Shown one piece after another: positions 10,892 to 20,752 of a stretch of DNA of 64,000 nt (the first letter of the stretch is position 1; each line of letters begins with the position of its first letter). The notes below the pieces were generated by a model. That model was not told the origin of the DNA, made no database searches, and was given only the letters and a program-made list of their open reading frames with translations. The translations under genes were made by a program, and so were the position numbers. Source of the DNA: Takakia lepidozioides (lineage: Eukaryota; Plantae; Bryophyta); the NCBI GenBank assembly GCA_030704615.1, contig CM060733.1:57536001-57600000 (forward strand), read 5' to 3'.

Positions 10892-12640
10892 TTAAGATGT
10901 CGTCAACGACAGCTTAATTTGCTGTTTTTCCAGGGTGATTTCCCAATGTTTGAGGTTCAATGTAGTGGTAGATTAAGGTGTCGTTGACGACATCTTAATC
11001 TATTGTAGTTCTAGAGTGTTTATGTTGATTGTAGAGGCAGATTAAGGTGTCCTCAACGACACCTTAATTTGATTAAGTTTCAAAGTGATTTTCTCATGTT
11101 TTGGATTCAATTCATTGGAGATTAAGATGTCATCAACGACATCTTAATCTGCTACAGTTGTAGGGTGGTTTTCTCATGTTTTGAACTCAATGCAGAAGCA
11201 GATTAAGATGTCGTCAACGCCACCTTAATCTGCTATAGTTGTAGGGTGTTTTTTGGATGTTTTATGTTGAATTCATTGGCAGATTAAGATGTCGTCAACG
11301 ACAGCTTAATCGGCTGTTTTTCAAGGGTGATTTCCCCATGTTTGAGGTTTAATGCAGTGACAGATTAAGGTGTCGTTGACGACATCTTAATCTGCTATAG
11401 TTCTAGAGTGTTCCAGAGTGATTCTCTGATGTTTTGGGTTCACATCATTGGAGATTAAGATGTCGTCAACGACATCTTAATCTGCTACAGTTGTAGGGTG
11501 TTTTTCTCATATTTTGGACTGAATGCAGAAGCAGATTAAGATGTCGTCAACGCCACCTTAATCTGATGTAGTTGTAGGGTGTTTTTTTGGATGTTTTATG
11601 TTCAATTCATTGGCAGATTAAGATGTTGTCAATGACAGCTTAATTGGCTGTTTTCCTAGAGTGAATTCCCCATGTTTGAGGTTGACTGTAGTGGCAGATT
11701 AAGTTGTAGACTGTTTCTCCCATGTTTGTTTTGATTGCAGAGGCAAATTAAGGTGTCGGTTGACGACACATTTATCTGCTGTAGTACTAGACTATATTTT
11801 CCCATGTTTTGGGTTCAATTCATTGGTAGATTAAGATGTCGTCAACGACACCTTAATCTGCTATAGTTCTAGGGTGTTTTGCCCATATTTTGGTTCAATG
11901 GGGAGGCAGATAAGATGTCGTCAACGACATCTTAATCTGCTGTTTTTCAAGGTGATTTCCCCATGTTCAAAGTTGAATGCAGTGGCAGATTAAGCTGTCG
12001 TCAACGACAGCTTAATCTGTTGTAGTTCTTGGGTGTTTTCTCCCTGTTTTTGGTTGAACGCAGTGGTAGATTAAGGTGTCATCATGGATTCGAATGTATG
12101 TCTCTGGCTTCGTTCCTCCGCTGGAAGATCTGCCCCCCCCTGCACGCCTTCTGCCTTGCACCTGGCTCTTCTCCTTCACGGATTGCGGAGGCACTTGTGT
12201 GTTTTTCTGCTGCTCCTCAGTGCCTGTGACCTGTCGTGGACACTGCATTATATGCACCTCCTCCTCCTCCTGAGCGACATGACCCTGCTCTGGCATGGTC
12301 TGCTCTTGAACTGCAGGATCCACAGATGAGATTGGACGTTGACTCTCCCAAGCCTTCTTCCGCTTTCTCTGCCAAAAAGCATAATGAAGGTAAGCATTGC
12401 AGGCCCAGATTAAGGTGTCGTCAACGCCATCTTAATATTGTACATATTGCAGGCTATTGCACTCATACAACAATAACATTGGGCTCGCTAGAACGAAGAG
12501 CTCTGTCTCTCGGAGGTGGCAGATTATGTTGTCGTCGACGATAGCTTAATCACCTTGTTCTGGACTTGTTCGAAACCCTTGCGAATGCAATGGTGGACAT
12601 GATGCGATGTCATTTTAAGCTATCGTCAAAGTCATCTTCA
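10892..12640. repeat. Intronic array B: ~81-bp tandem unit built around the same 26-bp palindrome
   Basis: Palindromes at 10892, 10973, 11042, 11122, 11203, 11284, 11365, 11455, 11536, 11618, 11748, 11831, 11910 and 11990; partial copies at 11699 and 12071; dispersed copies at 12410, 12524 and 12615. The sequences between palindromes are diverged homologues of each other. Confidence 0.95.
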
Positions 12641-13746
12641 AACAATCTCAAATGTATGTTTCTTACTGCTCTACTTATCGCTACGAATCAGGGAACAAGG
12701 TCATGTAAAGCCAATGTGCTGCTGAACTCACCTAGATCAAACTCTGTCCACCGCTGGAAATGTCATCCTCTCCCAACCCGATGTTGCTTTCCGCTTGAGC
12801 CTTCTCCTTCAACGGGCGCAAAGACAGCTGCATGGAGGAGGGCCGCTCCCTTGTCGGCAGGCCCCTCTGTGGACTTTGCTGCGTTGCCTCCTCCTCCGCA
12901 GGAGCACCGCTCTCCCTTTCGACTTCCTCCTCCTGTATCGGTTGCAATAGAGGCAGCTCCAACAGATCCTCGAGCTGCTTGTCCAGAATTCCCTGCCAGA
13001 CTCTCCATCCCTTCGCCCACAGAACCCTCCCCCTCACGATCGCTCCCTCCCTTGACAAATTCAAAGCCCTCCTAGCTTTCTTCATCCTCTCTCTCGCTCT
13101 CAATCTCTGCCTAATAGATGTGAAGTACAAAGACTGCCTTCTCGCTCTCTTCTTTCCGGAAACGCTCTCGTTCTTGGGATGCTCCAGTGTGGCGAGTCTG
13201 AAATGATGAACGCCAGAATGTAACCTCCGAAGACATCCCTCGGGCAAATGGAAAAAGTGGATGGCGGTTATGTTTCCATCCCTCCCTCTCAAGGAATGAC
13301 TAATCATCCAAAAACGTAACGGCTCATAATTGGGGTTTTCGTTTTTCGGCGGGATGCTTGCGGGCTGTCTCGCCGAGAACTCGACACATGTTGCCCTTGC
13401 AAGACACTTAAATGTAGGCATGCTACGTATCCATGTTTGACATAAGGGGTTTGACCCACAGCGCAGTCATTGAGGATGTGGCATCTACAAAGTCAGCCGC
13501 AATTCTTGCCTGTCAGAATCATGTGTCCGGCGGTCTGTGATCTGACATTAATGGGATAAAATTCACCAGTATCTGTCAGAGTCAAAGCCGGCTACTAAAC
13601 AGCATGCAAAGAAATAATTTGCCTCAACACCTTCAGTTGGTGGATCCACTGAGACATTGTCAGGAAGTGGTTCGACGAATTCGGCCTTCCTGGTGTACTC
13701 TTGTCACCTGCTCTCCACTGCCCACACTCCCGTGCTCATTCATGCA

Positions 13747-16700
13747 ATGTCTCTCAACTCCGACGTCGCTGTTTTCTACTCCAACGCGCAAGCGGAGTAC
13801 CTGAGTGCCGTAGCCGACGTGAATGGGCTCGCCGTAGTTCAAGATGACTTGCTTTGCGTGACCTTCCGCTTTGAGGCAGGGACTGTACATGTAGTGAGAG
13901 AGGTGTATGACAAAGTGGGTAAGGTCGAGGGCACATGCGTTCAGAAACCACATTTGTCTGGCAGTCGGCGAGAGTGGAGAGTTCCACTAGCAAAGTATCA
14001 CGTTCATGGGGATCAAAGACGTCTGTCGGAAGGTTCCATAGTCACGCCCGGAACAGCAGCTTCGGTGGCTCAGGTGCCCAAAACTCTGCCCATCAAAAGA
14101 GAAGAGACAACCTCCACCACATTTGTTGATATCTCCGATAGCTCAGAAGAGGACGTGTCGGAGCTCCCACCTCCTCCGAATCAACGTCTATTGGGAGACC
14201 CCGATGTGCAAGAAGTTGCAAGTGTCATTCCAAAGTTGCAGTCCTTGAGGGGGTTGCCAGGATGCAAGAGTGATGTGAGAGGCATTGACTGGGATACACA
14301 GCGAATCGTTAGAGCAAAATACCTACCCAATGAATTTAATGGTGATATCATTTTTGAGCTGCCACCAGCGACATCCTCTGGGGGATTGGCAGGACGAATG
14401 GTGGGCATGGACAAGAAGCATGATGGACATCCATGGTGCCGGACGAAAACTTCCAATATATGCAATCTGCATGGCTTGAAGTTCCGTAGATCGATTTGCG
14501 TTGGACACCTTCATTGTCCAAATGCTTCTTGCCAGCACTTCCAAATGGACGGTTCGGCAAATGAGACGGAATGGGAAGGTGTCAACGACAACCCTTTCAA
14601 AGTAGGTTGTGCTCCTGCAAGCAGTAGTACTCTCGTTTGCAAGTTCTGTAAATTGGTCCCACAGTGCATCGCAGATTGCAATGCACGTATGTACTACGTG
14701 CTTCACAATTGCAGTTACCTCACAAGGGCATGTATCCATTTCGGCATCATGCACATCCGGTGTCTCGAGGACAGTGTAGAGAGACAATTGATACAGTCCG
14801 TCACTGCTTCAACACGAAATTCATAGTGCTCCTGGTGCATCGCCATCAGTCATTGCTCTGGCAGCAAGCAAAGGATTCCTACAAAAGTATTTGCTTGGGG
14901 AATCGCAGGAGTCCACCACTAAATTTGACACTGCCTCCCTTGACGATGTTCTGGACCATTTCTCAACATTGAGTTCTCCGAATGTACAAAATCAAATCAA
15001 CGTCCTAAGGGGGGGTGCTGCCAACACAGGCTTTATGGATAGCATCCTGGAGTTAAAGCGTATAAGCCAATATGACTTCATTCAGGACAATGTTTTCCCG
15101 GGACAAGGTGCCAGGAAAGTGTACTTATTCAAGATGTCCACAGTTGGTGAGGGATCGGGAGTTAGTCTGGTGCGAAGAATGCAGCCTGGTGGTGATCTTC
15201 AGAAATCCTGGGTTATATTTGATCACGTGAAACGTGTGAAGGAATGGACGACCATGGCCTGTCATGTATACGATCCTGCATACCAGATAGTGATGACTGT
15301 TGTTGTTTGTGACATGCAGTCGGAGGACACAGAGTCACAAATTCTTATGTGGAAGTCCCTTGTTAACGTTGTGACAGCTCATGGTGTCCCAAATCCAAAC
15401 TTCATTGGGTTCATGGCTGACAGCGCTCAAGCGAATTGGAATGTTGTCCGTACAGTTTTTGGTTCAGGCGACCAATGGAAGGCCGGGAACGCACTTGCCT
15501 CTTTCATTGGAGCCAGTCCCTACAACGCCACACAAAGAGTTCCATAAAACTGGAGTTGCGGGAGGAGCATATGAGACTATGCCATCTGTATAAAGATGCC
15601 ACCTCCGAACATGAAGCCAACTCTATGTTCCAGACTATTCGAGCATGGTGGTACTCATCTGAGGAAGCAAGTCTGGATGGAATCAAAGAACTGGAAGACT
15701 GGTTGGGGTTCTGGCACTTCAGATATAGACAGTGGGGTGCCTTCATGACAACTATAAGTTAGTAGCGAATTAGCATGATTTTGCTTTATTCCTTCTCGTC
15801 GGGAGATATATCATGGAACAAACAGGCCGTCCAATCCAATTCTTATGTTGCTGTACGTAATCATGCTTGTGTTGAATTGCATGCAGAACATGTCACTGGA
15901 GGACATTGCCGATATGCCCTCCTGCAATCTAGCGGAGACTGTGCATAGTAAGTGGATGGCACAATCCGGCAAAAACAGGAGGAACCTCTATGTTGCGACT
16001 GCAGATGACATGGTCCGGGCTGTTTCGCAACAAACAAGGTACCGAGACTTCCTGAGGGGACGGGGAGCTGGCAAAGGTCCAGACAGGGAAGAGTTGCTAC
16101 TCAGGGCTGCAAATAGAGCGAAGCATCCCGCTAAAATGGCGCGTGCTGTAAATGAGTTCACAAATGGAACACCTTTGCAGTCCAGGCTCCCACATCTGGA
16201 AAGAGAGGAAAGATTTGGTTCATGCAAGCGCAAACTTGACACCCCACCAGGATCCGCTGGTGACTCCCATCGGCATGACAGGGATAATTACTCAATTCCT
16301 CGTATGCCTGTGCGATCTCCGACATTTGAATCTAGTAGTCCCTCTGTCGGTGCCTGTTCTTCTGCTGATACAATGCTTCATATCCCTCTGCTCCAGTGCG
16401 GGGAGAGGGAGAGATGATGTTGGCGGTGGAAGAGTTCGATTGTGTGGATGCAATATGGCACATTGAACGGACAGCCCAAGGATCAAAAGTTGGGTGTTCT
16501 GCTGTTAGGGCATTGTCCTTTGTGAAGTGCACCAGCAAGATTTCTAGGGGCGGAGGCGGGACTCCTGCCCCGTCTTTCACTAGTTTATTCAAACATTACG
16601 GTGCGCGAGAGTCCACGCCTCACAAGTTCTGGCTTTGCCCTGATGACATTCAACGTTGTGTGATGGGGACTTGTCGGGATTCAGTCCTCAGCAAGCCTCA

Positions 16701-17278
16701 AATTCCAGCCGTGTGGCCAGTGAAGTTTGGAACATGTCTGTCGAAGCAAGAAATTGAGATGCTGGAGGATGCCAGGTTTCGTCTTCCAAGAGGCCCAATA
16801 GTCATAACACCAGTTTCATGTCGGGGTTCGCAATCCGCATTCCCCCCATGTCCACCACATGGGAAAGTCTGGCCTACGAAACAAAATGGAAAACCGGTCC
16901 GTCGTGTTGAGGCAGGTCCTGAAAATGATTGCAAAATTGAGTCAGCAAGAAACCTGCAGTGTCGGGTGACCCAAGTTGTCAATGTCCCCCCTCCAGGCTA
17001 TGGGCGGGTGTACAGTATGGTGACATTGGGTTCTGTTGTTCACGACATGACTTATGAGGTAACTTTTGGAAATTTTCCAAATTGCACATGCCCGGACTTC
17101 CAGAACACTTTATCAAGCTGTATTGGAAAGAAACCCAAATTTGTCCCGTGCAAACACCTATATCTACATTCACAAGATGTTTTGTGATCCTCACCGAGAC
17201 ACGTGCATTCACCAGTGTACAATGGGTCCTACTGACGTTCATACACTTCTGCAACGTGATAGGATTACTAAAATGTGA
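13747..17278 (+). pseudogene. Mutator-like transposase with GCM-like Zn-binding domain and C-terminal SWIM finger (frameshifted)
   Basis: GCM-like HDGHPWCRTKTSN..RRSICVGHLHCPNASC..CKFC..C. DDE core: IFDHVKR (D), GFMADSAQA (D), TCLFHWSQ (CxxH), CNLAETVHSKW (E). SWIM: CTCPDF..CKHLY. The reading frame is split over ORFs 13657, 14891, 15436, 15845, 16396 and 17066. Confidence 0.85.
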
Positions 17279-17410
17279 GGTGCTTAGAAGGAGTTGGATT
17301 CTTTGACAATGACTCCACTTTGTTCAATGTAATGTTTTTAACATGTTCTATTTCTGTTTTGGCTGAATCTGTTTTCGGTTTGTTTGTTTTGGGGTTGGTG
17401 GTTTTTCCAA

Positions 17411-17869
17411 TTAAGATGTCGTTGATGTGGCCTGTTGAAACTGTGTTTGTCAACGCACTCAATTTTGGAGAGCCACAAGGGGGGAAATAATAATAATTAT
17501 AATATTATTTTTTTGGGTTTTTTGGGTTCTCCCTCCTTTCCTGCCTAGAGCTGAGTGCGTCAACGCACCCAATTTCTTCACTCATAAAGGAGCTCCATAA
17601 ACGCACTCAGTTTCTGGGGCTCTTTCCAATAGTATTCTCTTCCATCTCCTCTCTCTCTGAATGATGTTCTGTTTGCTGACCTATTTCGATAAATGGAGTG
17701 AGAGCACCCCCAGAAACTGTGTGCGTCGACGTACTCAATTTCTGGAGGTCTTGAGTTGTCTCCAGTTTTTGAAGTCCTCACATGATGGTTCTATTTCTGT
17801 CTGTGATTGCCAGAAAGGAGAATAAAATAGCACCCCTGAAAATTGAGTGCGTCAACACACTCAGTTTTC
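17411..17869. repeat. Second palindrome family AAAYTGAGTGCGT(CA/CG)ACGCACTCARTTT downstream of the transposase
   Basis: Copies at ~17437-17468, 17551-17577, ~17597-17615 (half), 17711-17745 and 17838-17869. A half-copy of family 1 (TTAAGATGTCGTTGA) lies at 17411. Confidence 0.85.
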
Positions 17870-17999
17870 GTAACCTCTCCACAGCCAAAAATCAAACAAG
17901 CACAGACAGATTACCTTCGGTCATTTGTTAGGAGCACTCACCGATGCATCTCATTCTTTTCTTTCTTCTCGAAAGAGGATGACAATGGTTTTGCAGTTG

Positions 18000-18520
18000 T
18001 GCAAGAACATGTCCTAGCAACACGCTTTCAGCTTTGCATTGAGGGAATTCAATGGTTTGGCAGCATCCTAGCAACTTGGGAGCACCTTCAGTAGGCAGCC
18101 CTCCCCACCTCATGGAGAGGAGTCTGACTGCAATTGGAGGCATCTGTGCTGTTATAAGAAAACTACGTTCCACAACTCACTTGTCTTTTGAGAGCAAGCG
18201 CAAACGTAGTGCTCTCTGATCAGATGCTTTGTTCCTATATAATCGTTGGTCTTCGATGTCTACTGGATGATCACTACCGTCTACTAGAGTGTTTGTCTGC
18301 TGTGTCGCTAGGTACTGCAGGCTTCTTTTTGAGACGGTGGTCCCTCTTCTCTTCGTTATTTGGCTTGCAAGCAGGGTCTTCCTAGGTGAACCTCTATGGC
18401 ACTCACCTTATGAGGTTATTTTTTCCTCATTGTATTTTCCTTCACATTTTCATCCACCTTTTATACAAAATATGAGGTCTTCATTAGTCTACAAAAAACC
18501 AAATAATAAATAAAATAAAA
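18000..18520 (+). mobile_element. 5'-truncated LINE/SINE 3' end
   Basis: Same GAGGTTATTTTTTCCTC motif as the LINE at ~3969, followed by an (AAAT)n-type tail at ~18490-18520. The 5' boundary is approximate. Confidence 0.55.
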
Positions 18521-18899
18521 TGTTGAAATTGCTACAGTCCAATTGCAAAATTGTCTTGAATTGTAATTGTCATTGTACAGTTGTAATTCCAAAATGTTGT
18601 GGAATGGATGCCTCAGTTTTAGGCCAATTTTCCATTTCTGTTTTTTCATGGATGGTTTTTTGGTTTGATGTTTCCTAAGTTTAAACCCACGGTCACAGGA
18701 CCCTCGGGTATAGGCGCTGTACCTTTCTGGGCTCGTGGTGGTTGCTGACGTGGCGTCATGTCAGCATTAGCAGACCATGTCAACATGTTGACATGACACT
18801 CATGCCACGTCAGAGACATTCTACACTCACGCCACGTCACCGCTGTGTGAGCGTACGCTCACACGCTCACGCCGTTGCGTCGTTGGCATGGTGGCATGC

Positions 18900-19965
18900 C
18901 CTGCTGGTGCTAAGAACATCAATATGAGTGATGATTGTAACATCAAAATCTGCCTCCACATTCGAGTGGCTTGCTCTCTCAAGTAGCGCAGCATTGTGGA
19001 AGGCACCATTTCCAGCATCTGGCCTCTCAACCACTCTAGTTCATTCAACCCTCTCTCCTTCCACATGTCTCTCCACAACCAGGATGTTCTAGCTAGACTG
19101 AGTGTCCAAAAACAGCTTTAGTACAAGTACGACAACATCATAGAGGCGGGTGTAGTGATGGAGAGATATGAACCTAACCTTGTTCGGTCCAGAATCCGGG
19201 CCAGTCTGTTTCGTTACCCTGCTCCCCATGGACTTGACGATTACAGCATCTTAAGCAGAGATCTTTCAGTTGAATCACTCCGGCTTCCATAACAGAAGCA
19301 GCAGTCCAGGTTGGATTCTCTGAGCTTTACTGTGAGCTCTACCCGGTCCATCCGCCCCTCTCCAACCCTCAACCATCTCACGGGCGGCCTCCTATCTGAA
19401 CTCCTCCCCAACTGCTCCCTCTCCACCCATTCTACCCGCTGGTCTCTCCAATATTCTTGTGACAAATTCTTGCCTCTAGATAGACAGGGGGATCCCCTCC
19501 CTCGAATGACCTCCACTCCAGTGTTGATTGTTCAACTAGACAAGCATGATCTCTCTGCCTCGTGTGACCACCTTTCAGCCTGTTACCTTCCCTTGATGCA
19601 GATTAAATTTTTGTCCTGGAACATCAGGGGATTGGGATAAGACTAGATGACACTTAAAAAAGTTAAATTGGCTGCGTGGCTTGCCCCTCATGTTTCTTCC
19701 CAAGCGATTGTGTTTCTACAAGAACATAAGCTCTCAGATTCCAAAATTCTAAACCTCACCAACCAACTATAACCGAAAACCTCTGCTCTTTGAAAACCGT
19801 CTTATGATGGCACCAAAGGGGGAACAACCATCCTCCTCTCCCCCTGTATTAAGCACTGCCTCCTCAATGAAGAAGTTTGGGAAGCGGGAAGAGTACAATT
19901 CTGCTCTCTTCTCTTCCCTAATGACTCAGACCCAACAGACTTTGTTAACATCTATGCACCCCTGA
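18900..19965 (+). mobile_element. LINE fragment (end of ORF1 and start of the APE endonuclease)
   Basis: MQIKFLSWNIRGLG at ~19596-19637, then VFLQEHKL, GGTTILLS and FVNIYAP, all typical L1 endonuclease motifs, interrupted by stops. Confidence 0.75.
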
Positions 19966-20138
19966 CATGCTAAGTCGGAAGGGTCAGAAGGAGAAATCTT
20001 TGATAGACTGGTGACTAGACCCTTTTCATGCATCAGATATAGGCTTACGTATTTAAATGCCCAAACCAACTAAGATGCCAGATTCTAGTGGGATTGATTG
20101 TGTTAGTCACTGACCCCAAGAAAAGTTCATTAGACACA
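19966..20138 (-). mobile_element. Copia GAG-pre-integrase fragment, duplicate of ~35978-36150
   Basis: Highly similar to 35978-36150, which encodes IWHLSWFGHLNY..GLV..LP..CQAC. Confidence 0.75.
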
Positions 20139-20752
20139 CACTACAGGAGAAGAGGGGGGGTAGGGGGGGGGGGGGGGAGGGGTTTAGCAACGCCAGCCGT
20201 GCCCCCACGCTGGGCGCGGTGCTGAGCCTACGACGCCACCCCCGCGGCCCTTTTTTGTGACGCCCAGCCGTCGTAAGGTGGCATGAAGGGGGAAAGAATG
20301 CCCCCACTCAGACGGCTGGGCGTCGCAAGGTGCGGGGGGTTTGCAACTTTGTGATACATAGATGTATCGTAGGTGTGTTGGTTAGTCTGTAGTGACTTAG
20401 AAATGTTATAACGTGGAGGTCCTAGGTTCAAGTATGCATTGCCTAATATATGTAGAACAATGAACGTATTGCCATTGGATAGAACCGGAGTCAATGGTCA
20501 ACAAATTTTTGAAATTCAAATTCAAATTTTGAAGTTCAAATTTTCCCACCTAAATTCAAATGTACCCCCCTAAACTACGACGTCCGGGGGTCGCATTTTG
20601 CGACCTCCGGACGTCGCTAATTCGAAATAGCGGAGAACGATTTTTTTAATTTTTATTTTTTTTTAATTTTTTCATCTGGAGAGGCGACGTCTGGGCGTCG
20701 CAAGTCGCGTCTGCGTAACCTAGCGACTCCCATCCGTCGCAAAATAGCGACG
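20139..20752 (+). mobile_element. CACTA-like element end with palindromic subterminal repeats
   Basis: Starts CACTACAGGA at 20139. Contains repeated GCGACGCCCAGCCGTCGC-type units and a long palindrome CGACGTCCGGGGGTCGCA-TT-TTGCGACCTCCGGACGTCG at ~20578-20617. Confidence 0.55.

Larger units (their letters stand above)
6704..13100 (-). pseudogene. Multi-exon ParB/Srx-domain + beta-class N4C/N6A DNA methyltransferase fusion gene (decayed copy)
   Basis: Approximate exons: ~13100-12732, 12368-~12100, ~10850-10247, 10163-9971, ~9889-9431, ~9346-9123, ~8515-7858, 7702-7364, ~7261-6990, ~6894-6704. Several canonical junctions are visible (gtgag donors at 12731, 9970, 9430; cag acceptors at 12369, 10164, 7703). 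Some sites look G>A mutated, and an in-frame TGA lies near 7245. Confidence 0.7.
5827..17870. mobile_element. Putative Mutator-like element carrying a ParB-methyltransferase cargo gene and palindrome arrays (ends approximate)
   Basis: MULE transposase (+) lies head-to-head with the cargo gene (-). CGTCAACG-cored palindromes occur on both sides of the transposase. The left end is a G-run motif (GGGGGGATGCTATTGTGTGAGCAG...) that recurs at 20759. No matching right TIR or TSD was found. Confidence 0.6.

Noticed and set aside
10892-12084. CRISPR array
   Set aside because: The spacers are homologous to one another (e.g. after 10892, 11284, 11618 and 11910), there are no cas genes, and the context is a eukaryotic intron. 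It is a tandem repeat with a palindromic core.
17825-17835. Right-hand TIR (AATAGCACCCC) matching the 5827 end
   Set aside because: The match is only ~11 bp with an indel, there is no TSD, and the family-2 palindromes continue beyond it.
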